DNA of 64,000 bases from Camelus ferus (Eukaryota), in the NCBI RefSeq assembly GCF_009834535.1, contig NC_045707.1:62870001-62934000 (forward strand). Reading direction: 5' to 3'. The position numbers and the translations under genes were made by a program. Positions within the stretch are counted from its first letter, which is position 1. Each line of letters starts with the position of its first letter. Positions 26,411-39,949 of this stretch are shown one piece after another. The notes beneath the pieces are model-generated. The model did not search any database, had not been told where the DNA came from, and saw only the letters and a program-made list of their open reading frames with translations.

Positions 26411-29109
26411 AAGAAGAGACTCAAAGAAAGTATTATTAAGAAGTAAACAGAAGGAAGGAGATAGTAGAAAGTAGCGCTACTGAATTCCGGGGGAGAGAAC
26501 GTTACAGGAAGTGAGGAGGCTTCCAGGGGGTCACATGGTGCAGAGAGCTCAAGAAAGAAAATTCAGAGCAGTCGTTTCCGTGTATCAGTGAGCAGTCCAC
26601 GGTGACCTTGGAGAGAGCAAGTCCAGTGAATCACAGGCAGTGGAAGCCATTTCATAGTAGTTTAATGAGTGAGTGTTTGGTGAAGAAATGGAGAAAAAGA
26701 GTGTTCACATCTCTTTCAAAGGTTTTTCTGGAAGGGGAGAAAGAAGTCAATGAGTATCGGGCAGTGTGGGTTGTCGAAGATTGTGAAAATTGTCATCGCT
26801 GTCAGTCCTGATGTTGCTTATTGTTTACTGGAAGGTGTTCTAGTGCGAATGGAAAGGATTACAAGCAGATGAGACATCCCTTCTATTAGAAAAGAAAGGA
26901 CGGGTATTGACATGGCGTTGTCCTCAGATGCCACAGGAAGCTGAAGCTCTCCCTTTATCTAAGATGGAAGGGGTGAGGACCTCTGGAAAGAATAATAAGA
27001 AAGTTGGAGGGATGTAGTATTCAAAAATTAAAGTTTGAAAGAGAGTCATGAAGAAAAAGCTCCTGAGAGAAGGAAGGTGAATTTCTGTGTGTGTGGTTGA
27101 GAAGCTGATCAAAAATCAGAGAACATAAATTTATAACAGCAACTCTCCATTCAACGGCAAGGTTTTCTCTATCTGCCAACACTGTCCTGAATATGGAGAA
27201 GAGGTGATTGGACTCACCTGAGCTGAGGTTCTGCGCTGTTGGCTGGATAGAACTTACAAGGGCAGGACTATTTGGAATATTGCAGGCAAGTAGTCGTTGG
27301 GATGGAATATACTCCAGTGTATGTGTTGGAGTGGAAGGGCCGGTAAGATTGTGGCTGATAATACAGAAAAGCTGAGAATTGATGCTCTGTGATCCACAGT
27401 GGGTTTAAAGCATGGATGCAGTGGGATTAAGTCTACTGAGAAAAGAGGATGTAGAGAAATATGATCAGGAAGTAGAATGTATGAAAAACGTGTATGAAAA
27501 ACGACTTAGTATTAAAAAGAAGAAAGGCAACGTCTTCCGGACAGTTCTGAAGTAAGCCTGTGGGTGTCTGGGGATTAGGCAAACCTCTCCCTTACTTCCT
27601 ATTTATAATTAATTAAAATTTTGTGACGTGATTTTTCTTAACTAGCTACAAATGAGAAGATCTGAGCTATGTCTGGATTGTTCTGTATCTGTACACACAA
27701 ACAATAGAGAAATAATTTCCCAGAAGTGCTTAGTTACTAATTTACTGATTGTATTTCTCAGGGTTTTGTTTAAGGTGTCTAACTTCTGATTAAACAATTC
27801 TTTCTCAGATTGACTTGTGGATGTGCATAGGTTCATATTAAGTATTCACGAACAATCAATTTTTGGCTTTGTATAACCTTGAAATAGCTTATTTGGCACC
27901 CGGTAGACAAAACTGCCTGATGATTTTTGACTTGGATGTTTTACTGTCCTGGAAAGACAGCCCCAGAGAACTCTCTCCCCAACCCTTGGTTTCCTCCAAC
28001 ACTTTCTTCTAATTACTGATAAGCACAGTCAAATAGAAAAGCAATTCCAGCCCAGCAAGACTGTTACTCCTTCTATCAAACCGAGTTCGCCTAGGAATAA
28101 TTGCAGTTCTGACAACCAATGTAGCTTTCTTCCACCCCCTACAGTGACCTCTCCAGCATCCCACTTCTCTAACAGTACGAAAATGTATTATCTTTCAATG
28201 AGAAAATCATTGCTTTGTGAACATACAGCTGATCTAAGCTTGTCTGAAAGGTAGGTCTTCATTTTCACTTATTACATACCCAGCATTTTATCAATGTGGC
28301 CACATCAAGACCTACAAATTATGTGTCAAGGAAGGGGATCCACAGGATATGCCGGCCTGAAATGTTTTGGGTTTTGTTTTTTTTTTTTTTCTGCTTCTAT
28401 TGCTTTGGAAATTCATTTACTTGAAATTTACTTTGAAGTAAACATGTGTACATCCTGCACATAAAAATCACTCACTCTTCCCAAAAGAAGCTAAAGGAAT
28501 CAGTACCAAGGCTTGGTTAGGTCTGCTTTGGCAAACAACTCAACAAACAGTTGTTGGGTCATTAAACCCACTTTTGAAGATTTCATTCACTTTCCAAGGG
28601 TATTGATTTACATTTCCAACAGGATTAAGTTTGAGGCCTCAAACATTCCAAATTTCACCACATACAGTGTTGAATTGGCAAATACTTTAATGTCTTATCA
28701 GATGCAGAGAGCCTAAAGCGTAGAACCTGATTAGCTTTAACTATTTGTATTACAAAGAAAATATATATGCTTTACCAGCAACGTTTTATCCGCAGTGTTT
28801 TATGTCACAGAGAGATTCTTCTATATTTCTGCTTTTATCAGGGGTTTTTAAGTATTGAGAACAAATTTAACATGGGTTTAATTGTATGTCTGATTTGATG
28901 CTTAAAAAGTTCTGTTCGTTTAATAGTATTATACCATTTAGCTTCCCCTCTTACTGCTTCTCACTGATGCCAGTTTATACCACTTTGCTCTGATACCTGC
29001 TTACTAGTCGTGTCAAAGAATGTTTATTTGAATTTCTTCACCTGAAGTTAATCAGAGGAAATTACTTAGCCCATTTATTAATATTTATTTTAAAAAGCAC
29101 AACCCGAGA

Positions 29110-29228
29110 GGGGAGGGTACAGCTCAGTGGTAGACCGCATGCTTTGCTGGGTTCAATCCCCAGTAACTCCATTAAAATAAATAAATAAATAAACCTAATT
29201 ACCACCCCTCCCCCCAAAAAAACAAAAA
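29110..29228 (+). mobile_element. Camelid SINE (vic-1-like), internally deleted, with TSD
   Basis: GGGGAGGGTACAGCTCAGTGGTAGACCGCATGCTTTGCTGGGTTCAATCCCCAGT, (AAAT)n, 'aaacctaattaccacccctccc'; TSD aaaaagcacaac (29092-29103) / aaaaaccacaac (29224-29235). Confidence 0.9.
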
Positions 29229-29639
29229 CCACAACTTAGTTTTATTTTAACAACTTATAAGAAAGACTTTGCAGTTTCCATATTTAAGACCATATTTTAA
29301 AACATAGCTGTTTACTGCTTTTCACTCTAAATGATCAATGGGATAGCATTTTTGCAGCATCAAAGGACTGCATCAAACAAGAGTCAACTCTTCTGTTTGA
29401 GGGTAAGGAAGATTTTTTTTTTTTAATCAGAGAAGATACACCATATTGTATGTATTTGAATTAGCAGGTGGTTTTAAGGTGCTTCTGTTTAATTCCTATA
29501 AGAAAATAACCCCATTTTACTTTTATAGAGATCAGTACTCTCTAAAATCCACATTTCGTGAAAATCTAAAAATTAAAATACAAAAAATTTAAAATCTCTA
29601 TTAATCTAAATGAGGGAAACAATAGTCTCTCCCCCCATG

Positions 29640-30110
29640 CCTTTGTTTGAGTCACTCTGCAAAGCAAACAGATAAAGCCGAAGCTCCTTCTCTGTGTCTT
29701 CTCGGTCTCAGTGCACCAGGGGAGCTATCAGAACGCTTTCAATCAATAGCCTCCCAAATTCCAGGAACAATGACTTTATTCTCGAGGGTCTGTAAGAGGG
29801 TGAAAGGACTTTAAGGTGTCCCACTCACGAGTATGGTGTGAATTCATAGAGCTCACATCTGTTGCAGTTGTGACCGAGTTTGCTCTTTGTTTATCAGTTA
29901 CCGTTTAAAGATGCAAAACAGAAGACAACTTGATACAAACAAAATAATAAGAGGGAATGAGCCGGTCTGCCTCAATCCTTCCCCAGGAAAATGTGCATTA
30001 GTGAAATCCCCTACAGAGACTGACTGCCCCTAACCTTACGTCATTAGATTACTCTATGCAACCAATGAGTATGAATTAAAACTGTCACTGCAGCGCAGTA
30101 AGAAACACTT
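29640..30110. promoter_or_regulatory. Candidate enhancer/promoter motif cluster
   Basis: AP-1 TGAGTCA 29648, GATA AGATAA 29670, TEAD-like GGAATG 29954, NFAT-like GGAAAAT 29986, kB-like GGGATTTCAC (-) 30001-30010, CRE-like TTACGTCA 30036, CCAAT 30062, in non-repeat DNA. Confidence 0.4.
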
Positions 30111-33100
30111 TCAAACTGTGTGTTGTCAGGGTTTTGATGCATCTCTAAAGGAAGCACATACCACGTGAAAATATTCTCACTTCTCACAGAGAAGAGTGGC
30201 ATATTCCCAATTTTGTCAGGTGTCAGAAAATGGAATATTTTTCTTCTCTTCTTAAATAGCAGGGAAAACCTAAACAACATTTTTTTTTCTCAAAACAAAA
30301 GAGGGAAGTACCCTTGTAAATTTTGGTTCTGCTATCAGAAAAGAGCTTGCATGAATCAGATACCAGGTATTTTAAGCGACTCTGCAGGATTAGAACATCC
30401 ATATGATGGGAAGTGGGCATTTTCTAGAGATGAGCTTCATGTAAGAGCATGCCGTCTACCATGTTTGGTAATCTTGCCATCATGGTAACCAAATGAGACA
30501 CAGAGTTTAATCTATATTGGAGTTTTATTTGATCGTAGTTACTATTTATAAATGGTTAGTGACGTTTATTTTATTATGTAAATACCATTCATTTTAGGAA
30601 AACATACAGAAATGTATTTATTTAATATACTCATACGCCAATAGCTAACTCCTTCTAAACCAGTTACAGTATTTTCCCTAAGAAAGGAAAATGTTGCCTT
30701 CCCACCCTTTACTCTGTGAAAGAGTTAATGTTTTTCCTTAAACCATCTGTACATACCACCATCATACTGAAGAACCCTGGGTGACTCAGTGAGTTCCCTC
30801 CTTACCAAAAGCGATTCATGGCATCACCGATGTCCCTATGGAAGCATTAAGAAAGAGTCTTAAAGAGATAGAGCTGCTAAATATTTAATCCCGACTAACA
30901 GCTGCACTAGGGTAAAACAGTTAGCACATTTATTAACCAGGGATCAATCTGCATGTCTATTCCTAAAGAAAAATCTTTGTGAGAGCGTAACTTCTATGTT
31001 CATTACCAAGATCAGGTTATGGAAGTAGTGGCTAAACAAAGTTTCTTCCGTGAAATGCAAAGCTGTGAAATTCTAAAACACCTGTATAGACCAGACGCAT
31101 TTTCATTTTTAGAGCTCCTAATGATCTTGATCCAATTGGTGCGTTTTAAGGAAAACAAATGGTTTACATCAATAACAAAAGCATGAATATAATCGTCATT
31201 CATGAACATTCTGATTATTCTTTCCTAATATAGACACTTAATAATAAATTTGACCTTTATAGTTGATGTTTTGGTCCTAATATCTTATGACTCAAGAATA
31301 TTGTTATCCTTCAATAAACCAAATGAAAGGGATATTTTCTTGGCCTCTAATCTTTAATATCAACATAATTTTTGTAAATATATCATTGTTATAAGCTATT
31401 AATTATAAAGATGGAACATGACGGAGAGTCTTTCCAGTAGAACATATACAAAGAAATTAATCTCTCACTGCATCTGTTGCACAAAAACAACATCAGAAGG
31501 ACTGTCTACTAAAATGACTGCATCCCACTCTTGGGAAATTCATGCCCTGGACATATAACTATGGACCATGGCAATTGTGTGTAGAAAGACAGCATGTGTA
31601 GAACAATAGAGACATTATTTAAACTATATAGGTTTCGATTTTTTTCTCATGTTTTTCATGCTACTAGAACCACAGCTATTAAAAACTGTGTAGGGACCTA
31701 AAAATGATGGGATGTACAGGTTTATTGATCTAAGAAAAATTTTGCTCAGGGTGTCTCTTCTAGCCCCATGGGGATAAGGACTTCCCCTTTGAAAACAGTT
31801 TTCCTACTGACTTACCCTGCCCCTGGAATCAAAGGAATTTCCTTCTGACTCTGCCGAAGAAGATGATGCAAGCTGAATCAAAAAGTAAGGGAAAAGGATG
31901 AAGGGGGGATGGCAAATATGAAGAAATATTGGGAACTCATGCCCTGGGAGACAACACTGCCCTGCACAACAGGAGCAACAGGTGACTCATGCCCAAGACT
32001 CTAAGGAGTAGATGAGGGCTGAGCTCAGGGAGTCAGAATCCCACACTGTTGAAGTAAAATTGTGCTTCTCAGCATAGGGAGATGTATTTGAAAGGATGCT
32101 TTACCTTGTGAAGAATAAACATTACACTTGGAAAAATGATGTTAAATTGTCTACTTTATTTTTCTCTCTCAATCAAATGAAACTTTTTGGAAGGAGCATT
32201 CTTACAAGACTCTTGACCAATAAATGAAATTGCATTTTACTGAGAAACTCAGGAAAAAAATACATAAATAAGGTTTGCTCTTCACTGCATCGTGTAAATT
32301 GCAGGAGCAAAAATGAAATAATTCATTTTCAAGTGTTTGGGACAGATAGCTGAAAGCTCTACTAAACATAAAAAGTATAATATATTTGAATTATATTCAC
32401 TGTCAATGGAGTGTTGTCTGGAAGTTTCATATGTTAAATATGAGTTTAATTTGAGCATTTCCATTTTTCCAATTTAGGTTGAGATAAGTGTTCTTATGAC
32501 AACTTATGTTAATGAAGCTAAACCCCAAAGAGTTTATTCAATGAACCATGAAGCAGTGCGTATCTCCAGGAGGGAGATGATGTCATAAGCAGCACTGATT
32601 ACCATTGCTTTCTCTGGTGTCTGGAATTTTACTGGTTATTTGTCTAAGTGCACAATAATTTTTAGCATTCCTGAATTATTTATTGACTATGAATGTTGAC
32701 TTCCACAGCTACCTCTTATGAGATATTGCATGGAATTTCACAGTAAGACTCTGAAATCGCATTGGAAATTGATACTTACATGCTGATTTACATGGCTTCT
32801 AATACACTATCTCTTGTTGCCTCCGAAACATTCCATTTATATAAGCAAAATAATACACTGAGAAGCCATAAAAGGAGTGACGGCTGTACAGTACAGAGTC
32901 CCCCCCTCCTTATACACTGATTTTACAATCAAGACTGTACGCCTTCAAAATCAACCACGGAGATTCTAGATCACAAAGTCACAGTTCCTTTCTTGATGCT
33001 TAGTGCAAGTGAGCAACTTGATGGTAAAGGTAAATCACGTGATTTTTGCCAAGTGATAATACAATTTAACAATAGTTTATATGGTATTTATGCCTGATAC

Positions 33101-35690
33101 ATACATAATATTTTATATGTAACACATATATAATAATATGTAAAAGACATCCTATGTATCAGTTTAGGATTTTATAGTTGGAAAGAACCTCAAAGGTTAC
33201 CAATCTAACTCTGTGGTAATTCTTTTTATTATTATTATTTTTTAACAATAAGAAAACAGTTGTCTTAAAGTGGAAGAGACTTTTATATCTTAAGAATGAA
33301 TTTAGGGCATAAATATTTGATATTTTAAACAAGCAAATGATATGCAGTGAGAGGCACTTAAATTTATTGGTATTCATTTCCTTAATTTTATTTTGCATCT
33401 GTATTTGCTTTCTACCTCACCCAACAAGAATTCAATTTTCCTTTGAGAAACAAATCTAATGACTCTATTTTGGGTCTAAAAAGAGACTTTAATTTCCATT
33501 AGAAAAAAAAAATAGGTTAGAGACATGGAAACCATTTTCAACAAGGTTTCTCCTTTTCTACTTTAGTTTTTAAAAAAAATAAAATAGCTCCTTTGTTACG
33601 TGCTTTTTCTCTACAGAATAACAATCTTCAGATTTAAGGGTAGGGTAGAACCAATGCCCCCTCCTAAGGAGAAACCCAGCAGCTGATTTTCCTGGAAGCT
33701 CAATGATGGTGATTTAGGCTTCCTGTTTTATAAGAGCTCAGTGAGTCATGGCAGCTCCCACAAGTCCCCTGGGTCTCACAGAGCTTTCATTTCTGCCTTG
33801 GTTTCTCTAAGAGCCACTCTTATTTACTGTTCCCGTCTGCACTGAGAACCTGCGCTTGGGGAGTTGGGTCTCCTTGTTTGTCTGGGCAGAACTAACAAAA
33901 AGGAAGACCATTTTGTAGATTTTGACAATTTTCAGACATCTGGCTGTGGCTACTTGAGCTGTAAAACTGAATATGTGTGCTTGCTTTGCACAGGGCAAAT
34001 AAAAACTGCTTCTCCAAATCGTCATGAAGACACCAGAAATTTCTAGTGAACTGTATTCTTCTTAAACTATGGAGAGTTTATCTTATGAGAGTTGATGGCT
34101 TGCTTGTATTTAGTAAAAATCATTTCCTCATTCCATTTCTTTCTGTCACATTATTCAAAGTAATAAATACTCTACGGCAGAAACTGTTCCTAAGGGAAGC
34201 CTGTTTAAATCCAGTTGGGGAAATGCTGAACTTCATATATTCAAAAGCTCTCTAGTCATCCAGCATTGTACTGTCTTGGCTGATTCCTGTGAAATGTATG
34301 TTTCCTTATACCTAAAAAAAAGGTGCTGGGAAAAAATCTATTTGAGACCATGTCACATTTCACATACTGGGAAATTTGAACATTTTGCCAAACTTTGGTA
34401 TGTTTTTAAAATATCAGACTTAACAAAAAATAGATGTTCCCAGGCCGGATGAAAATATGAAAATGTGCAATTTCACACTTTCTAAATATCCCTAGTTAGC
34501 AGCTTTTCTGGTCATTAACCATTCTTTGCTGACCTTTATGCTTTACTCTGATTGTAAATGGACAATGAACTGAAAAAACCCATGATTTTCCATGAAATAA
34601 ATTAACTGCACAGATCAGAGTAAAAATTCATAGATCATTATAGGTGTTCTTCCACACATCCCACGTGAATTACCAAGCTGTGAAAAACATATTCCAAAAG
34701 TTAAAAGAAACACAAAACCTAATACTTGACTGTGATAATCAGATCACCAATCAAATGAAAGAAAAATAATCTACATGTTTTACTGCAATATAAAGATGAA
34801 AACTGAAAACAGAAAACATCATTGAAAGGGACCCTCCACCCTCTGGGGCTAATTGACTTCTATTTCCCTCAGTCATATTTTCACCAAGTTTTGAAAAATC
34901 ACAAGGGTGAAATTAAGCGTGCAGGAGAGACACTTCCAGGACCAGAACCCAAGGTTGATGATCTCCCAACCATTTGCAGACGTAGAGTGATCCTACCCCT
35001 AGTTTAGTTTTCCCATGTGAATATGGAATTGTTGTTTGTGGCAGGGAAGTGCACTTTTCATCGATTTAGGATAGTATAGTTGGAAAGAACCTTAGAGGTC
35101 AACTGATCTAACTCTGAGGTGATTTTTCCAACTCTATACAACCATATAAAATAGGCAGAATATTGTACTCATGAGACTAAAAGAATATATAACATTGTTC
35201 TTAGATTCATTACTTATTAAAAATTATTTTAAAATAATTTTTCAACATAATGTCTCTAATGCTATGTTAAAGTAAACAAAGTATTTCTGACATTCTGGCA
35301 ATCAAAATTGTTTGGTCAAAACTGAGGTATTCTGCTCATTTTGAGGAATGTACAAGTACAGCTATCAAGTGCAGTTATTTTTATAACTAAAAATAAAGAA
35401 AGGAATTGAAGTCTCTTTAGCTTGCAAATAAAAAACATTGAATGATTTTACAATATGGTACTTAAATACATATAGACACATAAGTGATTAATGGAATGGT
35501 AAAGAAAATATAGAAATAGATTTTTATGGAATATAAGTATACCTGAAAGAAGAACTAAAAATCAAAATTTGTTACAGGTAAATGTTTTTAATAATTGAGA
35601 TAAGCGATACTCTTATGTGGAATAAAAAAATAGTTATCTCATACATAGGATTAAATTACAAATGAGTTAATGAATTTTAAACTAAAGTGT

Positions 35691-36205
35691 TGTTTCAGTT
35701 ACATTGTTGTGTAACAAACCACCCCTAAATTCAGAAGTATAAAATTCTCCAGGATTTGGGGTCTCATTGGGAAAATGTGACACCTGACGATGGCTTATCA
35801 GTTGAGGACTGGTACCGTGTGGAGGTCTCTGTAAACACATCTGGCTTTTGATTGGGGCCTCGGCTGTTGCTTTTCATTAGCCCCTTTGTGTGGCCTCTCC
35901 TTATGTCCTGGGTTTAATCACAGCAGGGGTCATCCTCAAAGGAGTTGGACTTCTTACATGGAGGCTCAAGGCTAAAAATTAAGTGGTCCAGCATTAGGGC
36001 AGAATTACCATTTACCTCTATGACCCAGTCTCAGGAATCACATAGCTCCATTTTTGACATTCTCTATTTTGAAATAGTCACAAGCCTGCCCAAATTCAAC
36101 CAAAAGTGGTACAGATTCCACTGTTTGATGGGAGGATGGCAACGTCCTATTATGGAGATGATACAGGGTAGAAGGTGGCATTGCGGCCACTTTTGGAAAT
36201 TAGAA
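35691..36205 (-). mobile_element. MLT1H-like MaLR solo LTR
   Basis: Begins 'tgtttcagttacattgttgtgtaacaaaccacccc'; internal 'ggacttcttacatggaggctcaaggct', 'agtcacaagcctgcccaaattcaa'; ends 'gcggccacttttggaaat'. Confidence 0.8.
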
Positions 36206-36421
36206 TCTGAAATGATATCAACAGTAAAAGAGAAAGTGGAAATGGAAACAGACATTTGTCAAACTTTTAGAGTGTTAAAGCAGTGGAAAGACTGAAGCTG
36301 CATATATACGTATTCCAGTATCCATTATTTCTACTTCTAGGAAGGTACTCAATAGAAATGAATTTACCAAAAGACATAGAAGAAAATGCTAGCAACCTTA
36401 TTCATTAAAGTCCAAAATTGG

Positions 36422-36988
36422 ATATTCCTTTTGAGAAATAGCTTCCGGATTGGTACTGGGCCTGTGAGAGGGCTGAACCCTTGTCCACAGAACACAGAGT
36501 AATATGAAACCTATGTTGCCCACATTGAACTGGGAGTTGTCAGATCCATTAATCCATAAGGTTGGTCGTAAGTAGATACAATCCAACAGAACAGAAATGG
36601 TACATATGGGACGAGAGCAGTGCAGGTCTTAAAGGCACAAGTAATTGGCATGAGCAGGTGACTCAGATTCCCATGCTATGTACTCCCACTGCATTGCTGC
36701 CACCTTTCAACCCACACATCTGTCCTCAGGAAGGTCCTCTATGCCTAGTGAGAGAAAAAAATGACTTTGTTTGCGAACGTCTTTGAAATAAAAACTAGCT
36801 TAGATTGGTGTGCTGCTGACTCACATCTGGATCAGGGGCGATCTAGAAAGACAACAGTGAAGGGAACCCCCCACCCGACCTCCCCATAGGCAGATTTTGA
36901 GCAGTAAATCTGCATGCAATTTTTGCCTGGAAAAAAATGGTCAAGATTGAGTCATATCTATATCTATTCATGGACATTTCGTTGCTGA
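36422..36988 (+). mobile_element. ERVL provirus pol remnant (tether/RNase H region), 5' part
   Basis: Translated fragments PFEK*LPDWYWACERAEPL, LPTLNWELSDPLIHKVG, KWYIWDESSAGLKGTSNWHEQVTQIPM and KDNSEG resemble recalled ERVL Pol (PFEKQLLACYWAL, LPIMNWVLSDP, KWYIRDRARAGPEGTSKLHEEVAQMPM, KDSGEG); stops and frameshifts present. Confidence 0.85.
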
Positions 36989-37000
36989 ATATCCACTGCT

Positions 37001-38793
37001 ATTTTTATAGATATAAAAAAAACACTCCTAAAATTTACATTGGTTCTGGGCCCTTGTGAAATATCACAAAAGACACCGAAGACAAATAAATCCTGAGAAA
37101 GAAGAACAAATAAAAGACAAATAATTCCTGAGAAAGAACAAAGTAGGAGGCATTGCACTTCCTGATTTCAAGCTGTGCTAAAAGCTATAGTAGTTAAAAC
37201 AGTATAGTACTGGCGTAAAAACAGACACATAGACCAGCAGAAAAGAATCAAGAGCCCAGAAGTAAACCCAAGCATATAAAGTCAACTCGTATTTGACAAG
37301 GGAGTCAAGAAAATTCAATAGAGAAAAGACAATCTCTTTAATAAATAGTACTGAGGTAATTGGATATTCACATATAAAAGGATGAAACTTGACTCTGTCT
37401 TAACACCACTCCCCAAAATTAACTCACAATGGACTAAAGACTTAAATGCAAGACCAGAAACCATGAAATTCCTAGAAGAAAATATAGGAAAAAGGGTCCT
37501 TGACGTGGGTTTTGACAATGATGATTTTGGAAATCACACCTCAAGCATAAGCAACAAAATCAAAAATATGTAAGTGGAACTCTATCAAGCTAAAAAGCCT
37601 TCTGCACAGCAAAAGAAACCATCCACAAAGTAAAAAAAGATAGCCTATGGAATGAGAAAAGTATTTTCGAACCATACATATGATAAGGGGTTAATATCCA
37701 AAATATATAAATATCTCATGCAACTCAATAACAACAAAAACAGCAACAGTAATTCAATTAAAATGAGCAAAGAACCTGAAAAGATATTTTTCCAAAGAAG
37801 ATATATGAATGGCTAACAGTCACATGAAAAGACGCTCAAATTCACTACTCGTTAGAGAAACGCAAATTAGGACCGCTGATGAGTTATCACCTTATCCTGT
37901 TAGCATAGCCATCATCGAAAAGACAAGAGCTACACGGTGCTGGCTCAGATGTGTACTAAAGGGAACCCTGGTGCACTGTTGGCAGGAATGTAAATCGGTG
38001 CAGCCACCATGGAAAACAGTATGGAGGTTCCACCAAAAATTAAAAATAGAGCTGTTGTATGATCCAGCAATTCCACTTCGAGGAGTATATCCAAAGGAAA
38101 TGAAAGCACTAACTGGAAAAGATGTATGCACCCCCAGGCTCCTAGCAACAGTATTCATAATAGCCAAGATACAGAAACAACCTACCAATGGATGAATGGC
38201 TAAAGAAATTTTCATATATATATATATAAAATATATATACACACACACGCACAAACAAATACACATACAATAGACCATTATTAAGCCATAAAAAATGAGG
38301 AAATTCTACAATTTGTGACAATATGATGGACCCTGAAGGCATTATGCTAAGTGAACTAAGAAAGAAAAAGACAAACACTCTATGATTTCACTTAAATGTG
38401 GAATCTAATTTAAAAAAATTCTCATAGAAAAAGACAACTGGTTTGTGGTTACCTGAAAATAGAAAAGGAGGTTGTGGGGAGAGGGAATTGGAAGACGGTG
38501 GTCAGGTATAAAATAAATAAGTCCTAGGGGTGTAACATTCAACATGATAACTACAGTCAACACCACTGCATTGTATATAGGAAAGGTGTTAAGAGAGTAG
38601 ATCCTAAGAGTTCTTAACACATGGAGAATTTTTTCTTTTCTTTTTGTTGTGTCTAAAATGAGATAAAGGGTATTAACTAAACCTATTGTGGTAATCGCTC
38701 CACAATGTATGTAAATCAAACCATCATGCTGTATACTTTAAACTTATACAGTGATGTATTTCAATTATTTCTCAATAAAACCAGAAAAAAAAA
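37001..38793 (+). mobile_element. 5'-truncated L1 (L1MA-type), ORF2 C-terminal remnant plus 3'UTR and poly(A), inserted in the ERVL
   Basis: ORF 37809-38195 (...[39 protein letters not shown]...) is the L1 ORF2 cysteine-rich end; ORF 37382 (MKLDSVLTPLPKINSQWTKDLNARPETMK) is also L1 ORF2; ends ctcaataaaacc plus A run. Confidence 0.95.
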
Positions 38794-38809
38794 GTTAAAT
38801 GGGAAAAAT

Positions 38810-39945
38810 ATATCCACTGCTGAGTAGACTTTCAATAAGGAACATCCAGTCATTCAGCCTCATTCCCAATCACCCTAGTGGTTGCCCAACGGACCATAGA
38901 CAAAATAACAATGAAGCAGGAAAGATGCTGAGAGTGGGCTTCACAGCATGCCCTCCTCACCAAGGCTGATTCATCTTCTACCACTGTTGAGTGTGCAGCC
39001 TGCCAAAAGGCAGCAGTCAATACCCATCCCTGTCCAAAAAAAAATAACAATATTTCCTAAGAGGTCCAGCCAACTACTTTATGGCAGCTTACTGACTTTG
39101 GAAACTTGTTTCCTGGGGGAATAGTGATATGTCTTCCCGGAAAAACACTTGTTCTGGGTACAGATTTGTCTTCACTGCCTTCCATTTTTCTGCCAGCATC
39201 ATTACTTCTAGACTTACAGAACACTTTATTTACCATAATAGTGTGCTATGAAATATCGTTTCCACACAGGAAATGTGGCAAAGGGTTTATGTTTATTACA
39301 TTTATTTATCTTACTGAATTTCTCATTGCCCAGAGACAAGTGACCTGATATAATAATAGAATAAGGTTCTGGAAATTGTTACAGCTGAGAGAAAACACTC
39401 CAAAGTTGGAGTACTATCCAATTGGATCCCATATATGCTTTGATTCTGCCATTTGTAGTTTCTTCCACAGGCAGAGCACAAAGGTGTTGGAACCAAAGGG
39501 TTGGAGGTGGGTGTGGCTCTTTTCACAACTAGACCCTGTCAACCCACTTGAAGGGTTCTATATTATTATCCCTGTAACCTTGAGCCATTAATTACCAAGG
39601 GAAGAAAGCTCTCTCCAAAGATCACAACGTTTCCATTGAATTGGAAACTGAAGCTGCCATTTTGGACCCCCCCCCCTTGCTACAAAACCAGCTGGCTAAA
39701 AGAAAAATGAACTACTGTGTTATCAGGCTAGAGTAATTAATCCTGTGGGTAATTCTAGCACCAAGGAGAAATAAGGTTGCCACTACACGAAGGAGGACTA
39801 AGTCCGAAACTCAATGTATTCATTAAAGGCACTTTCAGTACTTTCAGTCCACTAGGAAAATCCAGTGGAAGACTACAGAAGCAGAGGTCTACTGAAAGGC
39901 TTTGAACTTCAAGCTCTCACTTCCAGGTAAAGAATACTGCCTATT
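38810..39945 (+). mobile_element. ERVL provirus remnant: integrase and dUTPase regions, 3' part
   Basis: LTKADSSSTTVECAACQK (~38957-39010) resembles the ERVL integrase zinc-finger end; 'ggaaccaaagggttggaggtgggtgtggct' and TFPLNWKLKLP (~39627-39659) resemble the post-integrase dUTPase segment. Confidence 0.85.
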
Positions 39946-39949
39946 CCAT

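Noticed and set aside
37809..38195. 128-aa ORF as a functional gene
   Set aside because: It is the L1 ORF2 C-terminus within a 5'-truncated, disrupted copy.
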